From: a virus
Direction: 5' to 3' (one strand)
IMG/VR virus record: IMGVR_UViG_3300047323_000304
Location: 96,001 to 160,000 of that record
DNA length: 64,000 nt
The notes beneath the pieces were generated by a model that had not been told where the DNA came from, did no database searches, and saw only the letters and a program-made list of their open reading frames with translations. The translations under genes and the position numbers were made by a program. How positions within the stretch are numbered: position 1 is the stretch's first letter; every line of letters starts with the position of its first letter. Below are positions 1-11,716 of the stretch, in pieces.

Positions 1-816
1 ACTTAAATTTTGAATATATTTTATTTGAATAGGAGAAAGAGCCCTCCCACCTAAAGCTAAAAAATTTCTCTTACCCATTGAATCAAGTTTCATTACACTT
101 TTTTGACTTTCCACTAAATATATTGTATTACCACATAAGTTATAATAGTTTTGAGAATATCCAAACAAAGTCATTTTTTTTGAAAACTCAATTATAGGAT
201 AATATTTTAATTCATCATAATAATCATAATCTTGACCATTATATCTTCCAGTAACTCCTACCAACTCTCCTTCAAATGAAAATTCTGGGATTGTTATCCT
301 ATGTGTATTCCAATCGTATCCTATTTTGAATTTCATTTGAGTTTTTAAATTTATTCCATCTTTTTGAAATAATTCATTGCCTTTTATTTCATAGTTATTT
401 AACGTTTCAATTGGATAGGTTTTTATATTATAATTTAAACCATTGTCATTCTTTTTGTATTTATCAAACAACCCTCCAAAAATTTTAGGTTTTTCTATTT
501 TTTTAAATGTACCTTTTAAATTTAAAAAATCACAAACATATTTAAATGATTTAAAAAATTCTTCTTCACTGTATCCTAATTTATGTCTTACTGCTAAAAA
601 CAAATCACCCTCTAGTGAGTTTGAATAATCAGAATAGGATATATTGTTTTCTGATAGCTTAAACTTAATCCCTGTTGGATTCCACCCATTGTCATAAGCA
701 CATCTTATTTCTTCTCTTGTTCTATATTTTATTTCCGAAAAATCTAACTGTTCTAATAATTCTATTAACTTTTCTTGATTGTTAAATAAATAATGTTTTA
801 TTTCTAACGCATTCAA
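1..816 (-). CDS. DNA primase (DnaG-like TOPRIM), 3' end runs off the window; missing from ORF track
   Basis: TTG start at 816 after a GGTGGT RBS. The frame translated at both ends reads MNALEIKHYLFNNQ... and ...YLVESQKSVMKLDSMGKRNFLALGG (TOPRIM-like). It lies directly downstream of the helicase. Confidence 0.8.
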   Translation of the reverse strand, partial: MNALEIKHYLFNNQEKLIELLEQLDFSEIKYRTREEIRCAYDNGWNPTGIKFKLSENNISYSDYSNSLEGDLFLAVRHKLGYSEEEFFKSFKYVCDFLNLKGTFKKIEKPKIFGGLFDKYKKNDNGLNYNIKTYPIETLNNYEIKGNELFQKDGINLKTQMKFKIGYDWNTHRITIPEFSFEGELVGVTGRYNGQDYDYYDELKYYPIIEFSKKMTLFGYSQNYYNLCGNTIYLVESQKSVMKLDSMGKRNFLALGGRALSPIQIKYIQNLS

Positions 817-834
817 TTACCACCACCACATTTC

Positions 835-2409
835 TTATTTTGCTCTAGTATCTACATGAGAAACGGTACAGAAAGCTACCTCACGCCAACGATTCCAAGC
901 TCCACTAAATTCTTGAACAATGCATTTGTCATCTTCATCTGCTCTGGTTTTACATAGGAAAAATATTCTGTATTGTTTTGTAGTATCTAATTGTATGTAT
1001 TCCTTTGTTTTTAACCATTTTCCTGTTTTATCATCCTTCATAAACCTATAAGGTTTTATATCATATTTTTCTTCTGCAAATTCATCTGGAAATATCTTTC
1101 TGAATAGTACCATTTGTGTAACAACTTCTTTTACTGCTTTTGCTTCAGATAGACAACTTGAATTAGTATACCTCACGTTCTCAGTATGTATTGCACATTG
1201 CATTACTATAGTTATTGCAACTTTATATTTTTTAGCTAGTTGATGAAGAGTTTTAGAAGCTTCTATTAATTGCCCCCTACTGTTCACATCTTGCATATTT
1301 CCTGCTTTAAATGTGTCGTATATGTAATAGCCTACTCCTTGTCTAGACATTCTTCTAACTATAATCTTCATAGTGTTCATATCATAATTATCTATATCAG
1401 CAAATTTTAATTTTCCATAATAGTGTTCTCTATAATATTTTTGTGCTTGTCCTATCATGTTTTTTTGCTCTTCAGAGAACCCCCCTTGTTTTAAATGTTT
1501 TCTAGTTAATCCATAATAATCAAAATGATAAGCTAAAATCATAGGCAATATTATTGCTTTATAATCATCTATATTCATTTCATTTGCTATAATACAAACT
1601 TTTTCATTTTGATAAATAATTGGCATAACTCTTTCTGCTAATATCCAACTAGACTTGCCACATCCACTATATGCACCTATTAATTCGGTATAACCTTTAT
1701 GTATTCCTAATGTAGAAGCGTTTAATATAGGACTTCCATATATAGATTTCCCATGAATATCTGTTCCAATAATATCATAAGGTAAACCCATCATTTGTCC
1801 ACTATCACAAGCTTCAATAAATTTATCATCTAAATCTAAATCAACTATTTTTGTATTACCCATAGTCTTATCCATTGTTAATGATTGTACTCTCCAGTCG
1901 TACCATTCTGAAACTTGTGTTGAAGTCATACTATGGAATAATTCAAATGGAATTACTATTTTTTCTTTTTCTCCATCTTTTATAGTTACTTTATTAAAAA
2001 TATTAAATCCTTCATTATATAGTCCTATAATTATATTTGATTTAAAAACATCATCTATATATGAATGAATATTTGCAACGTTCATTGTATCTATTAATGA
2101 TTTAATATTTTCATATCCACCTTTAGATTCAAATTTATCTCTTAACATTTCATGTGTCTGTATATAGGTTGTTACTGTTATTTCATCAAATGCCTCATAT
2201 CCTTGTTGTGCCATCTTTTTACCTAAGGCATAGTAATATTTCCCGTCCATACTTGTAAAACACTCAGAGTTTAAGTTATTATAATCATCATACAAATCTG
2301 GATTTTTCCATAAACAACCTATAACCTTTCCTTCTTGTTCTATTCTTCCATTTAATAATCTATCATCCAAATCTTGATATTCTGTTAAAAATAAATTTTT
2401 GTCAATCAT
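835..2409 (-). CDS. Replicative DNA helicase, DnaB-like (SPbeta YorI-like)
   Basis: Walker A GAYSGCGKS, Walker B-like YYIYDTFK, and a DnaB-type C-terminal organisation. Confidence 0.85.
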   Translation of the reverse strand: MIDKNLFLTEYQDLDDRLLNGRIEQEGKVIGCLWKNPDLYDDYNNLNSECFTSMDGKYYYALGKKMAQQGYEAFDEITVTTYIQTHEMLRDKFESKGGYENIKSLIDTMNVANIHSYIDDVFKSNIIIGLYNEGFNIFNKVTIKDGEKEKIVIPFELFHSMTSTQVSEWYDWRVQSLTMDKTMGNTKIVDLDLDDKFIEACDSGQMMGLPYDIIGTDIHGKSIYGSPILNASTLGIHKGYTELIGAYSGCGKSSWILAERVMPIIYQNEKVCIIANEMNIDDYKAIILPMILAYHFDYYGLTRKHLKQGGFSEEQKNMIGQAQKYYREHYYGKLKFADIDNYDMNTMKIIVRRMSRQGVGYYIYDTFKAGNMQDVNSRGQLIEASKTLHQLAKKYKVAITIVMQCAIHTENVRYTNSSCLSEAKAVKEVVTQMVLFRKIFPDEFAEEKYDIKPYRFMKDDKTGKWLKTKEYIQLDTTKQYRIFFLCKTRADEDDKCIVQEFSGAWNRWREVAFCTVSHVDTRAK

Positions 2410-2423
2410 TTCTCAATCCTCCA

Positions 2424-2972
2424 TTAAAAGAAATTTGTAAAATCTGTTACGTCATTATTTTTGAATTGGTAATTATCCATTTCTATTTGTTTATCTTCTA
2501 TTTCTTCAATCTTTACTCTTTTAATTTGTTCCTTATTTTTTTTATATTTTATTATTTTTGATATATCTGCTATATTTGCTCTAATTACAGTAAATATGTA
2601 TCTGATCTTATTAAATTCCTTGTCTATACCTTTCATATACATATAATCACTTATATTAGTTTTATATTCTTTAAAACATTCTAGTATTTCTTCATATGTA
2701 TATATAGCTATAAATGGTGATAATTCTTTAGTTATTAAATTGAAATTAAGACATTCATAGCCTAAAATTTCATTTATTATGTTGAATATTCCCTCCTTTT
2801 CTTGTTTAGTTTTCTCTTTTTCATAAATATAGCTATCGTATTCTATCGAGTCACAATAATAATTTCTTTTCTTAGTCCCTGTTTTTGTCTCTGATATTAC
2901 ACAATAGGCTTCACTTTGTAAAATTTTATTCCCACAAATCTTGCAGGTAACTTGTCTTGCCATTTGATACAC
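2424..2972 (-). CDS. Zn-ribbon protein of the replication module (possible helicase loader)
   Basis: CKIC...YYC motif; located between the ATPase and helicase genes. Confidence 0.5.
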   Translation of the reverse strand: MYQMARQVTCKICGNKILQSEAYCVISETKTGTKKRNYYCDSIEYDSYIYEKEKTKQEKEGIFNIINEILGYECLNFNLITKELSPFIAIYTYEEILECFKEYKTNISDYMYMKGIDKEFNKIRYIFTVIRANIADISKIIKYKKNKEQIKRVKIEEIEDKQIEMDNYQFKNNDVTDFTNFF

Positions 2973-3054
2973 TTCCTTTTTATAAATTTTAATAGAAACA
3001 ATCAGCTTATAATTGCTTTTATTAAAATAGGGAGAAGAATTTCCCCCTAAATAT

Positions 3055-4245
3055 TTAATTAAGTTTTTGTAATATTTCTTCCATACCTTCTGTTAAGTTG
3101 TTTTCAACATCACTTATTTTTTCAATATTATACTTTTGCATTATCTCTTTAATATCAGCCTTCAATTCTTTTGAAGTATCTTTCCATTTTGAAGTTACTA
3201 TTTTTTGTATTTCTTTATTTCTTTCAACATTTATCTTGTTTGTTTCTTCTTCACTTGTTTTTATTTTATTTAATTCTTCCTTGATTTCATTTTTTCTATC
3301 TACTTCAGCTTTTTCTTTTAATTGTTCAAAATCTTCATCTGAAACATTCTTTCTCATAGAAGCTTTAATTCCATCTTCTATCGCTTGTATAAATCCACTA
3401 GCAGATAGTTCGACCTTTTCTACTATATCCTTAAATCTTGTTCCAGCTTTAACAAAATTACTTTCTCTGAAATATATGTATCTCTTTGTTCCATTTAATA
3501 CACCATCTTTTACATTCTTATCTATTTGTATAGTAGCAATGACGTCTGCTTTATGAGCAATAATATTATCAAGTCTGCTATCTAAGTTAGATGTAAGCAT
3601 GTTGTAAGACTCATCATCTGTCATTCCTTTTTCTTTAATAGTTTTAACTTTTGTATGTGATATTACTACAGGAGTTAATCCACAACTTCTCAATCTATAA
3701 AGTTGTTCATCTACTATTTCAGCTAATTTATCAAATCCCCCACTAAATCCTCCAAAAGCACTGTTTATACTTGATACTTTTTTAGTTGGGTTAGCATCAT
3801 TATGAAGCTTTACTACATAATTTTTTGCTATTTCACAAAGTTCGTCATATGTATCTATACCAATTATTTCAATTCCATTTTCTTCTCTCCCATCAACTAA
3901 ATCATCGATTAATTTAACAAATTCTTCCCAACCATATCCACTCTTAATTATTTTTCCTTCATTGTCTTTGATTTTAGTAATTATAATTCCATTCTTATCT
4001 TTTATATCTTGAATTACTTCATATTGAATATCAGGTAATGTTTTAAATCCATCTTCTCTCCCACATGATATTAATAATCCTTTTGATTGATCTCCATTAA
4101 ATATTTCATTTATTAAATCATAGAAAAGTGTAGTTTTTCCTGATTTTTCAACACCTCTTAAATAGTAGTAATATCCTAATATACTTGCCTTAACTTCATT
4201 TTTCTTAAAACTTCTTCTTGCCATAATTATATTTCCTTCTTTCAT
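3055..4245 (-). CDS. AAA-family ATP-binding protein (Sak4/YorG-like)
   Basis: GVEKSGKTT Walker A, IGIDTYDEL Walker B and ISHTK motif. Confidence 0.75.
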   Translation of the reverse strand: MKEGNIIMARRSFKKNEVKASILGYYYYLRGVEKSGKTTLFYDLINEIFNGDQSKGLLISCGREDGFKTLPDIQYEVIQDIKDKNGIIITKIKDNEGKIIKSGYGWEEFVKLIDDLVDGREENGIEIIGIDTYDELCEIAKNYVVKLHNDANPTKKVSSINSAFGGFSGGFDKLAEIVDEQLYRLRSCGLTPVVISHTKVKTIKEKGMTDDESYNMLTSNLDSRLDNIIAHKADVIATIQIDKNVKDGVLNGTKRYIYFRESNFVKAGTRFKDIVEKVELSASGFIQAIEDGIKASMRKNVSDEDFEQLKEKAEVDRKNEIKEELNKIKTSEEETNKINVERNKEIQKIVTSKWKDTSKELKADIKEIMQKYNIEKISDVENNLTEGMEEILQKLN

Positions 4246-4325
4246 AATTTATTATTTTTATTTTATTACTATATGAATTTGACTTCTCTGAGTTCAATTA
4301 ATTCATAGTTCTCAATTATTAATTA

Positions 4326-5648
4326 TTAAAGTAAATCCTCATCGTCATCAACAACTTCTGCTTCAGGTTCACTATTTTTAGTTGTATCCTTTTTATCTGT
4401 TGCATCTACTCTTTCAATTACGAAATCTTCCATTGTTAATTCAGTTTCTTCTGCACCATTCATAAATTCTTTGATATGAGTAGGTTTAACCAGTCTAATT
4501 TCTCTAATTCTATCTCCAAATTTGTCTCCACCTAACTCCAATATTGCGTCTTCTAATGTTATGATTCCAGACTCAACATAATCTTTTTGAGTCTCAGTTA
4601 AATCATCTATTGTTAATTCTTTCTTTTCTGCTCCATTTGCAAATTTAACTTCAAATGCTATTTGATAAATCTTTTCTTCGTCTTTATCAGTTCTACCTTC
4701 AATATGGAATCTAAAAGCATTTGCAATAGTTTCAATCAGTTTTACATGTTTAGGATTTTCAAAATCTAATCTTGATCCATCGGCTACAATATCACTTATA
4801 TTTACATAAATTTGTTTCTTTAATTGACTATCATATGTTCTTGTCCAAACATTTAAAAAGTATTTTTTACTTGTTTCAAAAGTATCTTCATTTAAGCTTG
4901 TAGAATTAAAATATAAATCTAATACTCCTGTTAATCTTAATTTTTTAGATTCTTTATCTACTGCCTTTTCAATTCTTTGAACATCAAATGACTTATACAC
5001 CTTACCCTTCCATTCAGAAAAGTTTATATTTCCTACAATTTTAAATACGGTATTAGTTCCTTCAGATGTTTTTACTAATTTTAATAAATCTTGCACCATA
5101 TCTGTTTTGTTTAGATACTCTGTCTTTAGTCCTTCAAGTCTTAATAATTCTTCTTTTAAAGTTGCAACAATATCCTTTTTATCTTCTAATGCTCTGACTA
5201 GTTCAAATTTTTCTTTAACTTCCTTTATAATGTCATCACTTACTGCATCATCTTTTAAATTTTCAATGGCTTGTCTTAAATCATATCTCTCTTTATTATT
5301 TGATAAATCTAATATGTATTTTTGATTAAAAGCAACTTTGCTAATAACAGTTTGATTTTTTCTGTCATTCCAGTTCACCTTTAAATCAGGAACTTCCTTA
5401 TAAGTACCATCTTCCAACTTCTCTTTTGCACATCTTTTTGTGAATTCATAATTGGGTTTATTGAAATAGCCATCGCTAATTAAAATTGTTTCACTATTTT
5501 CGTCAGCTCTTACGTTTAACTTTAACTCTTCTTTTACCCATTTTGAGTCATATTCTGTTTTAGTATGTACTTTGAACTTATCAGTCTCCTTTGGCATAGC
5601 AAGTCTTCCTATAAATTCGAATGTGTTGTAGATGTTAGTTTTTTGCAT
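4326..5648 (-). CDS. Putative single-stranded DNA-binding protein (YorF-like)
   Basis: N-terminal FEFIGRL motif, acidic C-terminal tail (DDDEDLL), and position in the replication module. Confidence 0.55.
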   Translation of the reverse strand: MQKTNIYNTFEFIGRLAMPKETDKFKVHTKTEYDSKWVKEELKLNVRADENSETILISDGYFNKPNYEFTKRCAKEKLEDGTYKEVPDLKVNWNDRKNQTVISKVAFNQKYILDLSNNKERYDLRQAIENLKDDAVSDDIIKEVKEKFELVRALEDKKDIVATLKEELLRLEGLKTEYLNKTDMVQDLLKLVKTSEGTNTVFKIVGNINFSEWKGKVYKSFDVQRIEKAVDKESKKLRLTGVLDLYFNSTSLNEDTFETSKKYFLNVWTRTYDSQLKKQIYVNISDIVADGSRLDFENPKHVKLIETIANAFRFHIEGRTDKDEEKIYQIAFEVKFANGAEKKELTIDDLTETQKDYVESGIITLEDAILELGGDKFGDRIREIRLVKPTHIKEFMNGAEETELTMEDFVIERVDATDKKDTTKNSEPEAEVVDDDEDLL

Positions 5649-5784
5649 ATTTTTCTCTCCTCTAATTTTAAATTTTAGCTAATCTCACTCACTTGATTTT
5701 CTCTGTCATTCTTTTTATTTTATCTTTTATGCATTAGAACTCTCTGATTCACATTAATGCAATTAAATTCTAGTTATATATTTG

Positions 5785-6096
5785 TTAATATAAGAAATCC
5801 CATTTATTAATTTTATGTATATGCTCTACTACAAATATTAGATTACTTTTAGTATTCTCAAACAACATATTACCATATGCCATAGGAATTTCTTTAATAT
5901 GTTGTTGTAGATAGCTATCAATCGTTAAATAATAGTCCTTTAATGTTTCTAATGTAACTAATTTAGCTTCACCATATTCTAGTTCTAATATAGATATTAT
6001 CTTCTCATATTTATCTTCTGTAGATTGATTTTTTAGTATAGTTTTATATTCTTCTAATAATTCCTGATATGTATTTACTCTTACCTTATCACTCAT
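5785..6096 (-). CDS. hypothetical protein
   Basis: ORF on dominant strand; no motif recognised. Confidence 0.6.
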   Translation of the reverse strand: MSDKVRVNTYQELLEEYKTILKNQSTEDKYEKIISILELEYGEAKLVTLETLKDYYLTIDSYLQQHIKEIPMAYGNMLFENTKSNLIFVVEHIHKINKWDFLY

Positions 6097-6109
6097 TTTA
6101 ACACCCTCT

Positions 6110-6406
6110 TTATTTAATTAAATTTTGAAATTTATAATCTTTTACCATATAATATTCAGAAGTATATTCCCATCCATTATCTCGCTCTACAACTACCCTT
6201 AAATGTTTTTCATCATTTATATCTGCTACAGTAATTTTGCCTTTAGGTTTCATTATTTTTTCCATAGTCCCTACAAATTCTTTCCTAATAGAATTATCAT
6301 TACTTAATATGTATTCCTTAAATTCTTCCCATTTTAAATCTTCAACTTTATACATACAACTTTGGAAATCTTCTTTGCTAATATTGTTTTGAATTATATA
6401 CATCAT
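6110..6406 (-). CDS. hypothetical protein
   Basis: ORF on dominant strand; no motif recognised. Confidence 0.6.
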   Translation of the reverse strand: MMYIIQNNISKEDFQSCMYKVEDLKWEEFKEYILSNDNSIRKEFVGTMEKIMKPKGKITVADINDEKHLRVVVERDNGWEYTSEYYMVKDYKFQNLIK

Positions 6407-6589
6407 ATCACCTTCTTTAATTAATTTATATTCTTTTTAATTTATTAAACCAATTAAAATTATTCTTTTAAGATATTGTTAAAAATCTTTTATAGATGCC
6501 TTTAAATACATTTCCTATCTTAATTCCATTTTCATATGTAGAATTTGAATATAATTTTAATGTTTCTAGTTTGCTAATATACATTTATT

Positions 6590-6799
6590 TCACTCTCCTT
6601 TTATTATAAACAACATATTTTTAACAATCTTAACTCCATCTTGAATGTCACCATCAATCCATACCTCTCGAATTATATTCATTGCTTCAAGAGTATCCTT
6701 ATATTCTCCATTTTCCTTTTTTAAGGTTTTATTGTATTTATTCATTATATCTTCTAAAAGTGCTAAAGAATATTTTACACTACTCATTTTGTTCACCAC
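6590..6799 (-). CDS. hypothetical protein
   Basis: ORF on dominant strand; no motif recognised. Confidence 0.55.
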   Translation of the reverse strand: MVNKMSSVKYSLALLEDIMNKYNKTLKKENGEYKDTLEAMNIIREVWIDGDIQDGVKIVKNMLFIIKGE

Positions 6800-6806
6800 C
6801 TTTTAC

Positions 6807-7208
6807 TTATAATTTAAATAATTTCTTAACTAATTTTCTAATACCTTTAATATCAGGATGATTTTTATACCATAACTTAATTTCTTCTGTGAGTTCTTGT
6901 TTTAATTTTTCTTTTTGTTCATTATCTTCAATGATATTAGAGCAACATTCATATAGTACATTATCTTTGGAAGTTCTTATAATTCCTCTTATTTTTACCA
7001 ATTTATTATCTTCTTCTATGTAAAAACTTTCTCCAGATTTCAATAATGGCATAGCTAAATTACATTCGAATTTATATTCTTCAGCTATTTCTTCTTGTTT
7101 GGAATGTATATACCTATTTGGCTTACTATCATCGTCATATTCTTTTTCATAAGTTTCTTTGAATTGTTTTTGTTTGAAAATACTTTTCTTTACTATAAAC
7201 TCTTCCAT
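6807..7208 (-). CDS. hypothetical protein
   Basis: ORF on dominant strand; no motif recognised. Confidence 0.6.
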   Translation of the reverse strand: MEEFIVKKSIFKQKQFKETYEKEYDDDSKPNRYIHSKQEEIAEEYKFECNLAMPLLKSGESFYIEEDNKLVKIRGIIRTSKDNVLYECCSNIIEDNEQKEKLKQELTEEIKLWYKNHPDIKGIRKLVKKLFKL

Positions 7209-7900
7209 TATTTATTTCTCCTTTATTCTCTTTATTTTATTTATTATAACTTGTACCACTTAGGTACTTCTTTAGTTTAACATAATTTTCTTTCTTTGTA
7301 AATAGTATTCTTTTTATTTTATCTTACTTAGATATTGGAGTTTCAAAAACAACTTTTATTGGTTCTTTTCCTATACTAGAAAATACTGTTCTGTCATTAT
7401 ACATTACAACTTTTGTACCTGAATTATGACTTTCTACCATAGTTGTAACTTTGTCATCTTCCATAATTACTGTTGATTTACTCATTATCATTCACTTCCT
7501 TTATTTAATTATTTAAGCTATAATTTGCTTAAAAGAACAGGCTAATTTACCATTTAGCTAATGTTCTCCGATATTAAATTTAATATCTACCCTTGAAATG
7601 TTCTATTTCTATTTGAGTATTTCTACTCTTTTAAGCAAACTGTTCTTTACTACTATCTTAGTATAATCTATCCAATTCTTATTGTCAAGTATTCTTTTTA
7701 ATTTATCTTGTTTTGATAAAACAGACTTTTTAACAACTCTTTATCCTTAAAAACTAGAGTATTTGCAAGCATTCAGTAGTATGAGTGAGGTTTAAAATTC
7801 ATATTTTTGTATTTTTATGTATTTTGACTTGTACACCTTGGCACTATTTCATTATAATGCCAAGATTATACAATATCATGTATTATTTTTATTTTGTCTT

Positions 7901-8293
7901 TTAGTTATCTAGTTCATCAATTCTTTTTTGAATTTCTTCTGCTGACATATTCTTTAAATTATCATCTTTTTTCGATGCTAGAAGTTCCAATAGTTTTTGT
8001 TTTTCTTCTCTCTTAGCTTTAGCATCAACCTTTGACTTCTCTTCTTCAAGTTTAGTTTTAACTATATATTTTACAATTTCAATTTTTATATCTAATTCTT
8101 CATCCTGTTTTGTTTTCGTATCTAATAGGCTTTCCTCTTTTACTTCTTTTAATTGTGCATTCAACCCTTTGAAAATTGTATCTAAATCTCTTACAGTTAA
8201 GTCCCACAAAGACTCTACAGATTGTAACCCCTTAAACTCGAATCTAAATTTTCCTCTTATTGCTACCTCAAACATATTTTTATCATTATTCAT
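7901..8293 (-). CDS. Conserved-looking coiled-coil phage protein, partner of the 683-aa protein
   Basis: RFEFKG...VESLWDL N-terminus and coiled-coil C-terminus; adjacent to the 683-aa gene. Confidence 0.6.
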   Translation of the reverse strand: MNNDKNMFEVAIRGKFRFEFKGLQSVESLWDLTVRDLDTIFKGLNAQLKEVKEESLLDTKTKQDEELDIKIEIVKYIVKTKLEEEKSKVDAKAKREEKQKLLELLASKKDDNLKNMSAEEIQKRIDELDN

Positions 8294-8327
8294 TTTACAT
8301 CATTCTCCTTCTTCTTTATATTATTTA

Positions 8328-10379
8328 TTAAAATTTTATTTTTAGTGTTCTTTCTGTTTGACCTTTAACCTTGACAATTAATTCATTTCTCTTTGTTGAA
8401 CTAAATCCTAATCCTGATAACTGATCTTCTACATCTTCTACTCTCATTTTACTACCTAGTGCCTCAAAAACTCTTTTATGTTTCATTAAATCTTCTTTCA
8501 AGAATTCGTTGTAAAATCCATTAGGTTGTTCTGGATTTACACAATCCTTTAACATAAACATATAATGTCTATGACCGATTCCATCTTGTTCATTCCAATA
8601 GTTAGGTGAATAACACATAACTGAAACTGGTACAAAATTATTTGTTTTTAAGTTCCATACGTCTTTTGATGATACACTTGATGGTAATTTTTCTTTAATT
8701 GTAAATCCTGTATTTTTATTAAAATTAACTTCTGCTACTTGAACATTTTCACCTTGTCTTAATTCTTTATTGTACTCAAAAGAGAATACTTGCCCATCAA
8801 ATTCAATTTCTGCTTTAAATCCTGTTCTTCCACCTCTGTTAGTAAAGTTATGAACAAAGAATTTATATGTTCCTTCTTCCATTCTATCTCTATCAGTCCA
8901 TGTTATATTTTCAACTGCTGGAACATTTCTATCTGGATTAATTATATCCACGTCTAATTGTCCTGTAGTATATCTATTTACTTTACTACTATAATAAATT
9001 TCATTTCCACTTGGTTCATAACAATGAGCGTCTAAATCATTTCCATCATATTCATTATCATTCCATTGAATTGAAAATCTTAATACCCCTTCTACATTTC
9101 CACCTGCTGATTTAACTCTGTCTTTCATTGAACTATCTGTTATATTTCCTGAATAAGCCCAACTAAAGTTGTTATCCCACTTAAACATTGTTTTACTATT
9201 TATATCTTTAGGTGCTATAAGTGATACCATATTACCACTATGTTTATTTTCTAAGTATACTTCAATTTCTTTAGCTGTTGGTAATACACCATTTACAAAA
9301 CTATCTATTGAAATTTCTTCAACTTTTGAGAATTTTTTAGGATTAGTAGATACTTCACTTAGCATTTCATCAAATACATTTGCATTAGATATTCTCTTTG
9401 CAGAATCCTTGTTAGAGAATAATATATTATTTACTGTTATATCATCTAATGTTGCATATCTTCTGCCTAATGAGTCCATATAACCAAGTTCTTGTATAGT
9501 TTTTTGTGCATCTTCTAGCATTTTCTTTGTAAATATTGCTTTTGGACGTTTATAATTGCTAGGAGCTACAATGACTTCATATTTTTTTACTGCTGTATCT
9601 AAATCCATTCCTTCGCTTACATTTATAAGTAGTGTTCCTATAGAATGATTTCTTATTCTTCCAATTGCCCCACCAGCTTTTACTGATTGTTCCCATGCAT
9701 AAATTTCTTTTTCTTCTTGTGTTTGTAATTTATCATAAACTTTCTTGTATTTAAGGAATTCAGTTAAAACACCTTTCCATTCTTCACCTTTATATAAAGT
9801 GTTTGAAGATATTAATTCTAATATAGTTAAAATTGATTCTTCTGTAATTTCATCTAAAGACCTTTTGAATACATTTCTTGTATCTCTATATCCACCTTTT
9901 ATATCACCTTCTGATCTCGCACTTGAATCAACAAATCTGTCTGGTAATTCTAAGTAGAAATGTTGCCATTCCATTATGTTTCCATTTGCTAATTGTTCAA
10001 AGTTTTTATCTGTTCCAATCTTTTTCATTTTACTAACATAAATATCTGTAATAGCTTTTGATTTAACATATTCAGATAATGCATCTGCCACAGGTTGGAA
10101 AGTTGTACTATTTGTTTCAAAATCCCATATTGTAGTAACCGTATTGTCTTTAACAACAACTGCATTTCCAAGTGTTTTTATAAATTGTCTGCAACAACTA
10201 CAATCATATTCTCTTCTTTCTCTGTAAAGTTCATTAGTACCTTCTGGGAAGCTATCCAAGTATAAGTTCCATAATTCGTCTTTGTCTACATTCACCTCAA
10301 ATAACTTGTCTGCATCTTTTGATACCTTTGCAAAATTTTCTTGTAATCCTTTTTTAAATTGTTTGAATTGATCTTCCAT
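8328..10379 (-). CDS. Large phage protein with a YfaP/DUF2135-like C-terminal domain
   Basis: RFSIQW...DLDAHCYEP...LDVDIINP...VENITW motif series and N-terminal DCSCC. Confidence 0.6.
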   Translation of the reverse strand: MEDQFKQFKKGLQENFAKVSKDADKLFEVNVDKDELWNLYLDSFPEGTNELYRERREYDCSCCRQFIKTLGNAVVVKDNTVTTIWDFETNSTTFQPVADALSEYVKSKAITDIYVSKMKKIGTDKNFEQLANGNIMEWQHFYLELPDRFVDSSARSEGDIKGGYRDTRNVFKRSLDEITEESILTILELISSNTLYKGEEWKGVLTEFLKYKKVYDKLQTQEEKEIYAWEQSVKAGGAIGRIRNHSIGTLLINVSEGMDLDTAVKKYEVIVAPSNYKRPKAIFTKKMLEDAQKTIQELGYMDSLGRRYATLDDITVNNILFSNKDSAKRISNANVFDEMLSEVSTNPKKFSKVEEISIDSFVNGVLPTAKEIEVYLENKHSGNMVSLIAPKDINSKTMFKWDNNFSWAYSGNITDSSMKDRVKSAGGNVEGVLRFSIQWNDNEYDGNDLDAHCYEPSGNEIYYSSKVNRYTTGQLDVDIINPDRNVPAVENITWTDRDRMEEGTYKFFVHNFTNRGGRTGFKAEIEFDGQVFSFEYNKELRQGENVQVAEVNFNKNTGFTIKEKLPSSVSSKDVWNLKTNNFVPVSVMCYSPNYWNEQDGIGHRHYMFMLKDCVNPEQPNGFYNEFLKEDLMKHKRVFEALGSKMRVEDVEDQLSGLGFSSTKRNELIVKVKGQTERTLKIKF

Positions 10380-10758
10380 AATAACATCTCCCTTTATTTT
10401 ATGTATTTAATTATTTTTAATTTATCAAATATACTTTAATATATTTGTTTATAAGCACCAGTTAAGATGTTCATAAACCTACATATTATTTTGTTTACTT
10501 TCTGTTATTAGTATAAACTTTCCATTATTGAATGTCAATACTTTTTAACATTATTTTTAATTTATTAACTTAAAACATACCTTTTACTTGCTTTTTGTAA
10601 TTTTAGAATGGGGCTATTACTAGGTTGTAGCTTTTAAGTTTTTATCATTTTTCTTTTATGTAAGTGGTAAAGTTGTGATTCTTTACCACTTGTTAAATTA
10701 AGTTTATCATAATGCTTTTTGTCTATATTCTCTTTATTTTATTTTTAATTATATTTCA

Positions 10759-10986
10759 CTATACTACTTCTAAGTATTCACACCCATATCCACCTAAATT
10801 TAATTCTTCAATAATCTCCTCTAATCTTTTATAGTTTTCTGAGAACTTAGTATTTTCTTTTAAATCTTCTTTGTCAAAATAAATCATTAAACTATTAAAT
10901 TCTGGATTTATTTTTGCTTTAAATTTTCCTCTATATGTTTCTTTTAAACCTTGTTCAATTTCATTTTCATATTTTGTATAATTCAT
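10759..10986 (-). CDS. hypothetical protein
   Basis: ORF on dominant strand downstream of a sigma-A promoter. Confidence 0.6.
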   Translation of the reverse strand: MNYTKYENEIEQGLKETYRGKFKAKINPEFNSLMIYFDKEDLKENTKFSENYKRLEEIIEELNLGGYGCEYLEVV

Positions 10987-11274
10987 AACTATTCTCTCAT
11001 TTAATTATATTTTGTCCACTTGGTATATTTATATATTACTACCAATCATTTCATCTGTCAACACTTTTATTAATATTATTTTTATTTTATCTCTTAGGTG
11101 TACATTTCTGCATTCTAGTCATTAATTCAGCTAATGTCACATTTTCTCCTTTTGTATATAATCCTAATTCAATAAGCATTTGCCCTATTGTTTTATTAGA
11201 TTTAAAATTTATTTTATTTAATAATTCATTTACCATATCTTTTTCACTGATATTCATTGTTTATAATTACCTCC

Positions 11275-11496
11275 TTAAAAGTCTTCAATTTCCCATTCAT
11301 CTCTCAACTTTAAAATATCTTTTATTGCTTTAGAATTATTGTTTAAGAACTTTTTAGCATATTTATCAGCAGACTTTTCATCTGTATATCCATTAAGCAT
11401 TATATCATCTCTATGTTTGAGTTCATGTAATAAAACACCTATACCATATAGCCTTTTATCTTCAATATTACCTTCTAGATTATAAAGCTTTATCAT
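11275..11496 (-). CDS. hypothetical protein with HELxH metal-binding motif
   Basis: LLHELKH motif. Confidence 0.5.
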   Translation of the reverse strand: MIKLYNLEGNIEDKRLYGIGVLLHELKHRDDIMLNGYTDEKSADKYAKKFLNNNSKAIKDILKLRDEWEIEDF

Positions 11497-11716
11497 TACC
11501 TTATCAAACTCTTCGTTATAAGATCCTTCACAATTATAAGTTAGAATAAAACGAATATAATCAATTATACTTTTAGATTTAATATATCTATTTTCTTTTC
11601 CAGTACTATTAAATTTACTTCATCTAGATCTCTAAACTTAGTCAATTTTAATACTTTATATAGTTGTTTATTAGTTATAATATTTTGATTATTAATTATT
11701 CTCATAAACTACACCT

